DNA of 64,000 nucleotides, taken from assembly GCF_006345805.1 (NCBI RefSeq), contig NC_043003.1, forward strand, positions 91,884,001 through 91,948,000, in the 5' to 3' direction. The position numbers were made by a program, and so were the translations under genes. The notes under the pieces are model-generated. The model searched no databases. It saw only the letters and a program-made list of their open reading frames with translations, and was not told the DNA's origin. Below are positions 1 through 13,088 of this stretch, piece by piece. This DNA is from Octopus sinensis. Lineage: Eukaryota. The number at the start of each line of letters is the position of its first letter. Position 1 is the first letter of the stretch.

Positions 1-1844
1 AATCTTTCTTTAATGTGAATATTTCTGAGTCTTAAAAAAAACAAAAACAACAACAACAAATCAACAATATAAGGGTAACATGAATAAACAGCCAGCTTTA
101 TCTACTTAACATATTTATGTATTTAGTTGACAGTGATGCTTTTTAACTCACTAAAGTTTCATATTTATTTGTAGATTAAACTGTTTTATTAGTTTCTGAG
201 TAATTTGGCTTTAGTGTGAGCTGACTGCTGTTGCAGTTGGATTCTCTTTAATAGCATAAAAGATAATTCTTCTTTCAAAATTAAGGGGGAACAATACCTC
301 TAGAGATATGGTAAAAAAAAGATTCTGTAATATCTGCTGGAATTGATTCATCATCATCATTGTTTTTACATCTGCTATTTTGATACGGTATGGGTTGGTT
401 GAGACATGTTGATCAGTGTTCAGTGTTTGGATACCATTCCTGTTGCCAACTCTTGTTTGCACGTAAGGTACTTTACTTCTCATCTTCATTTGTTGAACCA
501 CTGAGCTAGTAGAGCTTTTGCTTACGCATGACACAGACAACATTGCTGTCTAAGTATCTTCAATGGAAAGACATATGAATAAAACACATGAATACATAAA
601 CACTATAAGACACAGTCACACTCACACACTAACTAGGCTTCTGTATAGTCTCCATCTATTAAATTTTACCCTCAAGACATTGGTCATTCTGACGTTATAA
701 AAGTGCCACATAAAACAAACTTCTTAACCACACAACCATATATGTACTTAATATATAAATGAAATGAAAATATTTTAACTGCAAAGTTACGATGTCTAGG
801 TTTTTGTTGTTGTTGATATGACTCTATCTATTTAAATGTAAAGTATTTCACTTTAAAACATTAAAAGTAAAATATCAAAATTAGGTTGGTTTATATAAAA
901 GCTGTATTTGTGTTAATCAGAGAAACGATTTGGCAAGGAGAAACCAATTTCTTTTTATTTACTGTTGACAATGTGCCTGTACAATTTTTTGGGTAAAAAG
1001 AAGAACTTGTAGACATTTTCCTCTATATTAGCATGTAACAATGTAACTACTGTAATAGAAAGAAGGATGTTTAGTACAAGTTTATATGGTAAATAACATT
1101 TCTAAATGACATAGTTGAAATTTGAATTGGAAAAGTAAGTATACTGCTAAAATAATGACAACAAAATAACAAGGATTTTGAACTTACATTCTGGTTGAAG
1201 AAATTATATATTGGAAATAGAAAAGACATGATGGTATATAAAATGATGGCAGCAGTGGCATATAATTGATGGCAAATTTTGAATTTATATCAATGGTTTT
1301 ATAAATCAGCTTTGTTGTTGAATTGTTGTGATGGAGAACCTGATGTGGTAATAGGTTGTTGGTAGAGCGAGCAAGTTATCCATTCTGTTCTTTCTTGTTT
1401 AAACCTTCTGTTAACATATTTGTGTTGAAATACACTGTTTTTGATTTTATTAGTTTTGAAAATACGGAAAAATTTAGTAAAACAGCTGCCATTATTAAGC
1501 TGACATTTAGAGCATAGATTAGCATGAAATTTAGATCCTTTATAATAGCAAGTTTGTATCATAGAACCCGAGGCAAACTCAGGAGGATTGGTATTAGAAT
1601 GGTTAAACTGTTGTTCTGCTTAAACTATCAAAGCTTTTTGGAGAAGGTATCTTTTGTCCCCATCCCCCTCACATTCATTCTCTTCTACCTTGGGGGTATG
1701 TCCTGCCACCTCATCACCACCATCTTTCCTTTTCTAACTGGGGTAGATATGCATCTTCTCTAGAGCAACACACCAGTTCCTATTTCACTATCATACTCTT
1801 GCCTTCCAATACCTGGTATAAAGTCACCTCATCCTCTCTCTCAG

Positions 1845-2070
1845 GTAAGGCATTTTGTCTTGCAAGCTGTTTGGCAACCTCACTAGTGCTGGTGATACAA
1901 AAAAGCACTGAGTACACTCTATTAAGTATTATCATTAGGAAGGGCATCCAACTGTGGGAACTTGGCCAAAACAGACATTGGAACTTGACATGGTCCTCCG
2001 ACCTGTCGGATCCTGTTAAATCATCCAATCCATGCCAGCAAAGAATATGGATGCTAAGTGATGATGATGG
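1845..2070 (+). mobile_element. Non-autonomous retroposon, here called family C, with (ATG)n 3' tail
   Basis: Recurrent motif ttaggaagggcatcca...ccaacccatgccagcatgga...gatgatgatg. Related copies near 13790-14010(-), 15830-16100(+), 24338-24540(-), 25545-25775(+), 40367-40635(+), 46440-46630(+), 54600-54795(-), 55355-55560(+), 59973-60310(-). Boundaries approximate. Confidence 0.75.
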
Positions 2071-2486
2071 GGATATGAATGTCATGACATCCTACCACTG
2101 TATAAGTACGACATTTGTTGCCTTGTAGACATTCATAATTATATTTCAATGAGAATCAGAAGTAATTTTCAATGAATGGAAAAGAATAGGAGAGTTACCG
2201 AATTTGAACTTCTCTTCATAGCTTTTAAACTCTGTTGATATACCATCACACTGCAACCACTTCTGTAAATTACATGAAGATAATGTTTTAGCAATGATTT
2301 AACAAAGACAGGCATAACAAGCATTATAGAAGAGAGGATAAACATTTTTGTGTGTATTTGTGTCCACATTTTTCTGTATGTATGTGTCTCTGTAGATGAG
2401 TATGTGTGTGTGTGATTCAATCATGTTTTATCATGCTTCTGAACCACATTAAACATAATTAAAGTGGATGTTGCAATTGTCTGCAG

Positions 2487-2658
2487 GTTGGTTATGATAC
2501 CATTAACAACAGTGAAGACCAGATTCTCAAACAAGATATGCCACCAGCGCTCAGCCGTGTCGAAGATGCTTCTATTCTGCTCCTCCAGGCTTCGGATATG
2601 CTGCGGGGAGACCCTTTTTCAGCCCCTGCTAGGAAGAAGCTCATTGAAGGATCACGAG
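2487..2658 (+). CDS. VCL: Vinculin coding exon, first in window (head D1): VGYDTINNSEDQILKQDMPPALSRVEDASILLLQASDMLRGDPFSAPARKKLIEGSR(G)
   Basis: ctgcag acceptor, GTAGGT donor; 172 nt, phase 0 to 1. Aligns by eye to vinculin [21 protein letters not shown]...DGSRG. The first coding exon is not in the window. Confidence 0.97.
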
Positions 2659-2849
2659 GTAGGTTTTTCTCTTTATTCCATTTCTTTTTTCATAACCAAT
2701 TCTGTGTGAACTTTGCACTATTTTGTATTTTGTTTTTGTACTCTACCCTTATCAGTTGCCCTTGTGGCAAATAAAAACTTCTTTTTATTCAACACTCTAA
2801 TGATTCTGCCCATCTCAGAACTTTTATACTATATAATAATTCTTTCTAA

Positions 2850-3531
2850 TTTTGGCTTAAGGCCAGCAATTTAGAAGGAAGTGGGCAAGTTGATTACAAT
2901 GACCCCAGTACTTAACTGGCATTTTATTTTGTCAACCCCAAACAGGGGAAGAGCAAAGTCAACCATGGCAGTTTTGAGTTCAGATACTGTTGTGATCAAT
3001 TTTGCTTTTCATCCATTTAGGGCTGAAAAATAAGTACCTGTTGAGCACAGAGGTAGGGGTGTAATTGAGGTAATTGACTTCCCCCTCCCCTCAAAAGCTG
3101 CTGGTCTTGAGCAAAAATGAGAATCATCAATATTATTATTATTATCCTCATCATCATCAATAAGGTGGTGAGCTGGAAGAATTGTCTGCATGCCAGGCAA
3201 AATACTTAACAGCATTTTGTCCCATCTTTAAGTCTGATTTCAAATTCTACCTTTCATCCTTTCAGGATTGAAAAAAATAAGTACCAGTGGAATACTAGGG
3301 TCAATGTAATTGACTAGTCCCTCCCCATTAAATTTCAGGCCTTGTGCCTATAGTAAATAAAAATTATTATTATCATCAATATGCCAGCATTCTGGCAGAG
3401 TTGTTTACACACCAGACAAAATTTTAGTGGATGAAAGGCAAAGTCAATCTTGGTGGAAGTTGAACTCAGAAGGTAAAGACAGACAAAATGCCACTAAGCA
3501 TTTTGCCGGAGTGTTAATGACTCTGCCAGCT
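2850..3531. mobile_element. Cluster of about five tRNA-derived SINE family B copies or fragments in both orientations
   Basis: gagctggcagaat...gagttcaaat (B box)...ctttcatcctt...aataagtaccag...ggggtcaatgtaat...(ATT)n. Copies at about 2850-2990(-), 3005-3125(+), 3165-3375(+), 3392-3430(+), 3432-3531(-). Confidence 0.8.
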
Positions 3532-3849
3532 ACTGAATGCTAATTTAATTATTTATGACTTGTTGGGACACAGTATTTTGTTGTGCAACCATAATATACT
3601 ATAAAGTGTATGAAACGTTTTTATAAGTCAATACTGTGTTCACAGTTCTCTTTACATCACCTGTTAATGTTATCTCCACAGATTTTCTATAGAAATTACA
3701 GCCAGCACTGATTTTCATTATGGCATTTCGTATCCAAGCCACCTGATGTAAACAAGCAATGAGACCAAAGATGAAAAGTGGGTAATGGGCATATATGCCA
3801 TATATACCCATTACTCATTTTTCATCTTCGCTAATTTAATTATCCTAGT

Positions 3850-4030
3850 GTTTGGTGACAAGTCTCCTCAAATCTCAAGAATCTTTCTTAGGATTCTTGC
3901 ATGTCAACAATCCATTTCAATTGTAGTATCCTTCAGCCTCTTAGGTAGCAGTTTGGGTGTTGTGCTTAGTACACCAATTACCACAGAAATAATTATTACC
4001 TCCATCTTCCACAATCTCTTCATCTAGGTC
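3850..4030 (-). mobile_element. 3' fragment of a LINE with restriction-like endonuclease (R2 superfamily, R4/NeSL-like)
   Basis: Minus strand reads LWKMEVIIISVVIGVLSTTPKLLPKRLK...ARILRKILE, resembling the usual LW.MKV..IPIVIGALG...ARILRKVL C-terminus; degenerate. Confidence 0.55.
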
Positions 4031-4074
4031 CTGACATTTCTCAATTTCTTTGATATCCATTCTACTATCATATA

Positions 4075-4471
4075 CTCTCTTTTACTCTTTTACTTGTTTC
4101 AGTCATTTGACTGTGGCCATGCTGGAGCACCGCCTTTAGTCGAGCAAATCGACCCCGAGACTTATTCTTTGTAAGCCTAGTACTTATTCTATCGGTCTCT
4201 TTTGCCGAACCGCTAAGTGACGGGGACGTAAACACACCAGCATTGGTTGTCAAGCAATGCTAGGGGGACAAACACAAACACACAAACACACACATACATA
4301 TATATATACGACAGGCTTCTTTCAGTTTCCGTCTACCAAATCCACTCACAAGGCATTGGTCGGCCCGGGGCTATAGCAGAAGACACTTGCCCAAGATGCC
4401 ACGCAGTGGGACTGAACCCGGAACCATGTGGTTGGTTAGCAAGCTGCTTACCACACAGCCACTCCTGCGCC
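4075..4471 (-). mobile_element. Full-length tRNA-derived SINE family A (about 400 bp)
   Basis: Minus strand: A-box-like GAGTGGCTGTGTGG, B-box-like GGTTCAGTCCC, ttgggcaagtgtctt core, internal TA/TG microsatellite, and a tail ending gactgaaacaagtaaaagagtaaaagag. Confidence 0.9.
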
Positions 4472-4521
4472 TATGGTATTGTTAAATCAATGAGCTTACA
4501 CTGTATTATTAAAATCATTAG

Positions 4522-4737
4522 CCCTTTAGCATTTAAACTGGCCATATCCAGCCAAAATGTTCTGCCTGTTTCAGTTCAAACTGGCCAGATCTAGTCTCTC
4601 ACATCTACTCTACAAGATCATTCTGAAAATAAACAGTCACATCATCAAAATCTCAGTTACAAGATATTGCATGATTAATTCAAAACAGTAAGAATAAATA
4701 AGTGTTACTTTCACAGAGTAATCTGAATGCTAAGGGG
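4522..4737. mobile_element. piggyBac-like MITE, second copy
   Basis: Ends ccctttagcatt ... aatgctaagggg with degenerate TTAA flanks; same internal sequence as 30735-30913. Confidence 0.65.
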
Positions 4738-6189
4738 TATCTTACAAAAGGTATTTTGTCAAGGTATTTTGCTCTTCCAGGTCTTTACAATTTGAGTTCA
4801 AATCAAGTATTTCTTTGTATTTACTAAATTAATTTTCACTACATTTTATAATTTACTGTTCCATTGAAAGTGGAATTGGCAATCAAAATAGCTTTTAATT
4901 ATAGACTAAAGATATTTCATAATTTATATGATCTAAACAGGTTAAATATAAGAAACATTCAACGCTAGTCTATAATTTTAGAAAGTCATATATCTTCATA
5001 AACTTGTAAACATTTGATATCACTAACTAATACAAAGTAAACTTTATTCATAGTTAAAATGATCATAGTGTGGAAGACACATTATTAGTCATTCAAAAAC
5101 ACACAAAGACTGTTAAACTTCACTTCAACATTTATGTCAAAATTTTTGTTACACTAACTGCAACCTAGGTACTAACAGGATTTCACTGCATATCTTAGTT
5201 TCAATACATGGTCTCAGATCAAATTACTTGCCTGGCAAGTACACAATCTTTATTCATGACTCATTTCCAACAATATTTGGAATTTGGTGTTTCTTTTTCC
5301 TCCTTTCATCAGGTGTTACAGGTCATAATTACATTTTGAAACAATCTATTTTAATTAACTTGACAAAAATCTGTTTTCTGTTTAAAAAGACCATTTTACT
5401 TCTCATTCAATGTTATTTTCCTTAGTTTTGTTGGTTTGTTAAGTTACCCCAAAACTACTTTCAACCCCTGCAAAATGTTCTGTGTGTTATGGAAAAGTGT
5501 CAAATATTCCTACTTCCCTGTTTAAACCACACCCTTGGGTGAAGCAAAATATATTTTTTCTGACTCATGGTTATTGATTAGGTATTTTTATTCTCAGAGT
5601 TCTTGCTTTGAGCTCTTTATTCTGAATGGCCTGACAATTCTTTGAATCTATCATCTTCATGAATATTCATTCCATTCTTTATCAGTGAGAAATATAAGCA
5701 CGTTCCTTTTTTTTTTTTTTTATATCGACAGTTGAAGTAAAACACAGAGTAATCATCTAATAATTTAATTTCATGAATCAATATAAATAATAGTAGAAGG
5801 AAATTTTATCTTTTTCAGTAGAGATTTTCCTATTTCTAAGGCTCTACAAATGTAAACAGAATAAAACAGAAAAGTGTGTGTATTCTGTGTCATGGAGGTA
5901 GGGAAAGTTAGGTGATAAAGAGTATTGATGGAGATGGAGAGGAATTCAGTGTAGGAGAACATAGACATGAGAAAAGAGTGGAGGGAAGGACTTTGAAGCA
6001 AGTATAAGAGGATGTATAAAATAAAAAAAATACATACTCTGTAAGTTTATCTTACATTTCTAAATAACACACACAAACATACACATGCACACATATACTT
6101 ACATAAAACTTGTGTAAACACATAAACATGTGCATACACAAGTAGACATGCATATACACACATAAGCATATATATATCTTTTCTTTTTT

Positions 6190-6862
6190 TTTCTTTTACT
6201 TGTTTTAGTCATTAGACTGTGGCCATGCTGGGGCACTGCCTTGAAGAATTTTTAGTCAAATGTTTTTATTTTTCCTTTAAGCCTGGCACTTATTCTATCG
6301 GTTCTTTTGCTGAACCATTAGGTTATGGAGACATACACACACACCAACACTGATTGTCAAGTGGTGAGAGTGGGGACAATTTCCATCTTCCCCATCCACT
6401 CACAAGGCTTTGGTCAGCTCCAGGCTATAGTAGGAGACACCTGCCCAAGGTGCCATGCAGTGGGACTTGGAAGCAAGCTCCTTACCACACAGCCACTCCT
6501 TAAAAAAGGGAGAAAAATGTCATTGTGGGTTTTTTTATCATTTACTCTTTTACTTTTTTTAATTGTTTCATTTGACTGCTGCCATGCTGGAGCATCGCCT
6601 TTAGTTGAGCAAATCGACCCCAGGACTTATTCTTTGTAAGCCTAGTACTTATTCTATCGGTCTCTATTACCGAACTGCTAAGTTACAGGGATGTAAACAC
6701 ACCAGCATCGGTTATCAAGCAATGTTGGGGGGACAAACACAGACACACAAACATATACACACACACATACACACATATATACATATATACGATGGGCTTC
6801 TTTCAGTTTCCGTCTAACGTGGTTGGTAAGCAAGCTACTTACCACACAGCCACTCCTGCACC
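6190..6862 (-). mobile_element. Two head-to-tail SINE family A copies: older 6190-6499, and 6541-6862 with an internal deletion
   Basis: Same head and tail motifs as 4075-4471. The second copy jumps from gtttccgtct to the gtggttggtaagcaag head segment. Confidence 0.85.
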
Positions 6863-7781
6863 TATTCATTTAATGTGGAATTTTGTTCAAATTTAATTTT
6901 CTCTGTGTTTGTGGGTTAGTTTGAAAAGATGTAACATTTTAGATGTGTGTGTGTTTTAGTTCTTTTCTTTTTTTTTTTCCTCCTTTGCTGTAACTTTGGT
7001 GGAAAACATATCAAACCCATAGTAATATTTCAGGCTCAGCCACTACACATCCTGTGGAGAGATGATAATGATAGAAAGATGGGGTAGCTCACTGAGATAA
7101 CCTAGTTACAAGGAAGTGTAGGAGGTGTTGTCATGTCAGTGTGGATGATGACTTTCAAAGGTGGTAGGGAGGGCATTGGAGGAGTTAAGGTGGTGCTTGT
7201 TCTGTTCTTTTGTTCAGTTGGGCATGGGTGGGCGTGAGTTTTTAAATTTCTTTTTCTGTGTATGTGGGTAGGTGTCTACTACCAGCCTTAGTCTCTTAAC
7301 ATTGAAAGAAAAAGACACCATCCTATTTTTTAACTCCCTCCTTCCCTCCAATTGGGAGCAATTTGAACCCCTTACCAAATTATGAGAACCCTTATTTTCC
7401 TATTCTTTTATTAGTTGTTAGTATTTTTACCAACTGTAAGTATGAACACCTTCCCTGTTGTTATCTGACATTTAAAGGAATTTCTTTCTAGCCTTCTCTG
7501 CCCCGCCCACACTCCTTCACAGTAAGAGAGAGGCTGATTATATGAACATCCCTCACACTGCCTTACAATAATCCCTTGCTCTCTTGCCCCAGCTGTAAGG
7601 AAAGGATTCCTCTTTGCACCCCTTCCCATCTCTCTTCAGTAAGTTATCCTTCTACTTAAAATATTAGAGATTACAGGCAATAGTCTTATTGCCAACAGGA
7701 GCTAAATAGAGAGACAGAATGAGTGTATGTGAAAGAGAGAGATGGTGAGGAATAGAGTGCAGGTGTGTCAGTGCATGTATT

Positions 7782-7827
<46 letters not shown>

Positions 7828-8408
7828 CAGAGAGAGAAAGAGAGAGTGTGAGTGCATGTGTGTGAAAGAGAGATTGATTCTCTATCCAGCTGTTTCTTGT
7901 CACCAATCTCTTGTTGAAAAGGGAAGCTGAAGTAACTACCCATCATCTCCCTCCAATGTCTATGTTATTCCTTTAAAAAAAGATAGAAAGGGTGGGCTTT
8001 GGTAACTGACCCATTACTGTTCTATTGCTTACATACTTATTATAACAGAGCCCTTCTTATCAGTGAACAAGTGTGAATATTACATACCTGCCCTCCCCTG
8101 TCTCTCTCCCTATTCCTCTCTCTTGTCTATTAAAGGAGGCTTCTGTACTTTTTGGCTGACATTTTTCAGGAATTTTTTTGCTCTATTTTGGAAGGTATAA
8201 TAGTATTTGGTGCAAACTTCTCAGAGTTGCTCATTCTTTTCATTCTGTCTGATTAGATACATGTTATTTAGTGTTGTAAAGTGGGCTTTTGTCACTGTTG
8301 TATCTGTCTTTTGATGACAGTTGTGACTCTGATAGATATTGTTATCATCCAAAGTCAGTGATAGAATGTTTCTCTCTGGCACTGTACGCCCCCCCCCCAG
8401 TCATACAG

Positions 8409-9670
8409 TGTTATTATCCTCAAAAGGTTGGATCTTTATAACGCCCACTCAGTACCACAATATAATTACTATATCGGCACAGACATGACTATCAACACAG
8501 TCTACATGTACTCTCGACTTTCCTGATCTTCTCCTGTCGACCGGCTACTGGTTTATTTATAATGGCTGGCTACTACCACTTTTTACCTGGGGAAGGGTGT
8601 ACAGTTTCACTATATAACATCTCCCTTACACTCTCTCTTTACTTGTTTCAGTCATTTGACTGCGGCCATGCTGGAGCACCGCCTTTAGTCGATCAAATCG
8701 ACCCCAGGACTTATTTTTGTAAGCCTAGTACTTATTCTATTGGTCTCTTTTTCCAAACTGCTAAGTTACAAGGACATAAACACATCACTATCGTGAAAAG
8801 TGTCATATAGCCAATCCATCAGTATTTCTACTCTTGTTGGTTGCTTTTCTATGACTCTTTCCTTAAGCTGATTTCTATGTCTCCTTTTCATTCCATTTCT
8901 GCTTCTTACACCATACATCATTCTTCCTATGTATGTTACAGTTTCTCCTTCTTTCCAGTATTGCTTACCATTTTTGTACATTCTTATATATACCTTATCG
9001 CTAAATTTAAGGAATTTTGGTATGTCTTTACGAGTATGTATTTTCTTCTTCACTGGTAACAAATACTGACTTCACCTTTCTGGCAAACATTAATTCTGCT
9101 GGGGAACTTCCTTCTGGCACATTTGGATTCGGAGTTACCCTGTATACACTTAAGAATTGTTGGATTGTGACCTTGTCTGTGGCTTCTTTATTAGCTTTCT
9201 TTAAAGTTCTCTTAAAAGTGTCCATGAACTGTTTGGCCCTTCCTTTTGATTTAGGCTGATACGGTGCTTTAGTTTTATGTTCTAATGTGAACATCATGCA
9301 GAATCTTTTAAACTCACTGGATACAAACTGTGTTCTGTTATCAGAGACAATTGTATCTGGTACACCAAATCTTGTGAACAGCTTGTGTAAAAAGTTTATT
9401 ACCGTGTATGAGGTCGGTCATTTACACATTATGACCTCAAGCCAATTTGTGTAGCTAGCCACTACTATTAAGTAATAATATCCATTTACTGGACCTGCAA
9501 AATCGGAACCATGGTGTTTTCACTTCCAGCCAAGGTTCACATTTAGTAGTAGGTAGTTTTGCTGCCAGTGCACATCCTCTGCAGCCTTTTACCAGGTTTT
9601 TAACTTCCTTGTCCATGATTGACTACTACCACTTTTTACCACGGAGAATGTACAGTTTCACTATACAACA
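8409..9670 (-). mobile_element. Internally deleted Gypsy/Ty3 LTR retrotransposon: partial 5' LTR (9621-9670), integrase remnant (about 8790-9620), PPT and 3' LTR (8409-8619)
   Basis: Minus strand: DKEVKNLVKGCRGCALAAK (zinc finger), DFAGP, RFGVPDTIVSDN, APYQPKSKGRAKQFMDTFKR, SPAELMF. Both LTR copies begin TGTT[AG]TATAGTGAAACTGTAC; purine tract AAGGGAGA directly precedes the 3' LTR, which ends ...ATAACA. Its far boundary could instead be 8340. Confidence 0.85.
8632..8787 (-). mobile_element. 5'-truncated SINE family A tail nested in the Gypsy element
   Basis: Matches the tail half of 4075-4471; lies between the integrase remnant and the PPT. Confidence 0.85.
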
Positions 9671-11739
9671 TTTAGAATGGTCTTTATACCTTACTTGGAA
9701 TATTTTGTAGTGCATAAATTATGTGGTCATATGGTAAGAAGTTTGCTTCCCAACCACATGGTTCTAGAATCAGTCTCACTGCATGGCATCTTGGGCAAGA
9801 GTCTTCTATAGCTCTGTGCCATCCCAAGCCTTGTGAGTGGATTTGGCGGATGGAAACTGAAAGAAGGGCCATCATATATATAATAAAAATATTCTATAAT
9901 TATATACATAATTATAATTAGGGATCAGCTAAGTGCCTCGCCACATACTGAATTAGAAATAGACACTAATGTCTTTTCAACTACCATAAAAATCTCTGAG
10001 ACAAAAACACACTTTTTATGTAGGTAAAAAGAAAAATGATGAATCCACATGGCTTCGGTTAATCACAGATGCATTTTGAACTTCAGGTAAATTATATTTA
10101 CCTATTGTTTTCCTCAGTGTGATACTCCAATTTATAAATTTGCGATGATTAAATATGTACATGATCAAGCGTCATTGCATAACTAATATTCAACCGCACT
10201 CCCAAAAATATACAGCTAAATGTGATACATATTTATCTTTTATACCCATATGTGTGTTACAACCTATCCCACAGCAATGGAGTAAATCGATCATGGAGTA
10301 AATTATATTATTATTAAAATAATAATTAATTAATTAGTTTTTACCGTATATTATTAATATATATATATATAATAGAAGCAATGGACACTAAAGATAGAAT
10401 ATACTGGAAACTTTATTTATCACAACGATTGTTTCAACACATTTTGTATTGCCCCCTTGCAGGTGGGAAACTATACAATGAATTTTGGTATACTATTAGG
10501 GACAAACCCAACACATAAATTTTAATTGAAACTTTAATTTCAACATATATATATATATGTGTGTGTATTTTACTGTCTCCTTGCTTTGACATCATGAGAC
10601 AGCTATAAATAAGTGTCACCCTTAGGCAAATACTGTCTTTTCAATCTTTTATGAAAACATGTCTGGTTGTTGGGAAATATTACCTTACATGGAAACAAAT
10701 GACAAGAAGGGCATATGGCTGTAGAAAATCTGCTGCAATAAATTCTATCTGATCAATGTGAACATGAAAAAGTGGATGTTAAAACTGAGAAAAATTAACC
10801 GAAGCAAAAAGCAGTGTGTTTCAATAGAAATATGGTAACAAAAAAGTTAAAGTATTTCTATAAAGTTAAACTCACCAGGACAATTGATAAAAACTGGGAG
10901 CCCAGTTTTTGTGCTGAAATTAGGGAACTTGCTAAAAGTGTACATCTTTTGCAATAATAACCAGTTTCAAAGTTATTCATGATACTGTACACTGTTAGAG
11001 AATAACCATCAATTATATAGGATGGTTGTTAGATTACCAGCAAGAAGCTGTCTGACCATCCACCCAGACATTACAGTATCACCTACTGTTATATGCAACA
11101 TTCCAGGCATAACTTCTGATAGCAATAAATGAAGAATATGAGTGTTTCTTCACTTTTTTTGGCAAATTGATGTCTTCTATTTCTGTATAGAGTGGGCCAA
11201 AAGTCAGGAAAGAACTTCAATATTTAATAACTCCTTTATCTTATTTTTTGCTTTTGTTGTTTTAAACTTACAATATTGTAGCATATCATACAGTATATTT
11301 AATAAATAAATGTATGCAAGGTGTGAACGATGACAAATTGTAAATACTATAGATAAATGAATAAATGCAATAAATAATAGGTACAAGCATGGCTGTATGG
11401 TAAGAAGTTTGCTTCCCAACCACATGATTCTGGGTTCAGTCCCACTGCGTGACACCTTGGTCAAGTGTCTTCTACTATAGCCTTGAGTTGACCAAAGCCA
11501 TGTGAGTAGATGTGATAGATGGAAACTAAAAGTAGCTTATCATATATATATATATACCAAGAAAGTTAGGGGTTGTGGATCCAACCCACTAAGGGATAAT
11601 ATTTATCCAATATACTGTTGGTATAATACCCAATTATTAATACACAAGTGTTTTTGTTGTTATGATAAATAAATAAGTCAACATTTTAATGTCCTAAAGT
11701 TGATGAACCAACTAATGTGCTTCTCCATTTTCTTATTTG

Positions 11740-11779
<40 letters not shown>

Positions 11780-12691
11780 GTATGTGTTTGTCCACCACCT
11801 CTGCTTGACAACTATTGTTAGTGTGCTTACTGTTTGACTAAAGAGACCAACAGTAAGTGCTTTGCTTTACAAAAGAAAAATAAGATTCATTCAGCTGAAG
11901 TTCTTCAAGATGGTTTCCTCTGCATGGCTGCAGCTAATGACTGAAATAAGAAAAAGAAAAGATAAATAAAAATACATAAATAAAATAATAATGGATATAT
12001 TTATGCAACTTTCAGACCCCTTCATGACTTTTAACTTGTCCTGTATATTAAACAAATTGCTTTCTTTTTGCACATGTATTTGCACATGCTTTGAGTCAAG
12101 ATTTGGATCCTACTCTTGGATAGGAGTTTTGTGTGTTATGATTAACTTTCAGAAGAAGCTTGGCACCACCTATTCTTACTGCGATTCAAGAATCACTCTG
12201 TTATGTGGTAATGGCTCATGGTAAAAACACGAGAGTTGAATAATGGAATATATTTGGAATTATAATGATAGGAGGAATTATTAATTAGAAATAATATTAT
12301 GGAAGTCAGGAAAGATTTTATGCAGGAAGAAATAAAACTAAAAAAAGAGAAAGAGGTTGGTTTAAAATTGTTATAAATAATAAAAATGATAAAAATATAT
12401 CTTGTCTTACACAAAGACCAGAAACACACACACTGGTTCAATATCACTTTTTTATTGTTAGTCAGTTGGTTTAATATGCTGCTTGTCAGTCAAAGTCCTT
12501 TTGTCAGTGACCTCTTCAATGATTTGCCTCTAAATATGTGTGTATACATTTGTGTATGTGTGTATATGCAAAATAGAACCCTCACATTTAATGTAGTAAG
12601 CTATTAAACACACACACATGCACACATATATAGAGAGATACATACCCACATTAACAAGTGTACAAAATATAATTTGTGTGTGTGTGAATAT

Positions 12692-13088
12692 CTCTTTTAC
12701 TCTTTTACTTGTTTCAGTCATTTGACTGTGGCCATGCTGGAGCACCGCCTTTAGTCGAGCAAATCGACCCCAGGACTTATTCTTTGTAAGCCCAGTACTT
12801 ATTCTATCGGTCTCTTTTGCCGAACCGCTAAGGGACAGGGACGTAAACACACACCAGCATCGGTTGTCAAGCAATGCTAGGGGGACAAACACAGACACAC
12901 AAACACACACACACATACACATATATATATATACATATATACGACAGGCTTCTTTCAGTTTCCGTCTACCAAATCCACTCACAAGGCATTGGTCGGTCCG
13001 GGGCTATAGCAGAAGACACTTGCCCAAGATGCCACGCAGTGGGATTGAACCCAGAACCATGTGGTTGGTTAGCAAGCTACTTACCACA
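12692..13088 (-). mobile_element. Near full-length SINE family A copy
   Basis: Differs from 4075-4471 by only a few substitutions outside the internal microsatellite; CpGs retained. Confidence 0.9.

Noticed and set aside
211-2420. Upstream vinculin exon or nested gene in the first 2.4 kb
   Set aside because: No MPVFHT-like N-terminus or other recognisable protein; the ORFs are short and overlap repeats.
10024-10086. 63-nt exon-like segment (TAG...CAG|GTAAAT) in the large intron
   Set aside because: In the required phase 1 it has TGA at 10077-79, there is no vinculin homology, and the flanking exons already join correctly.
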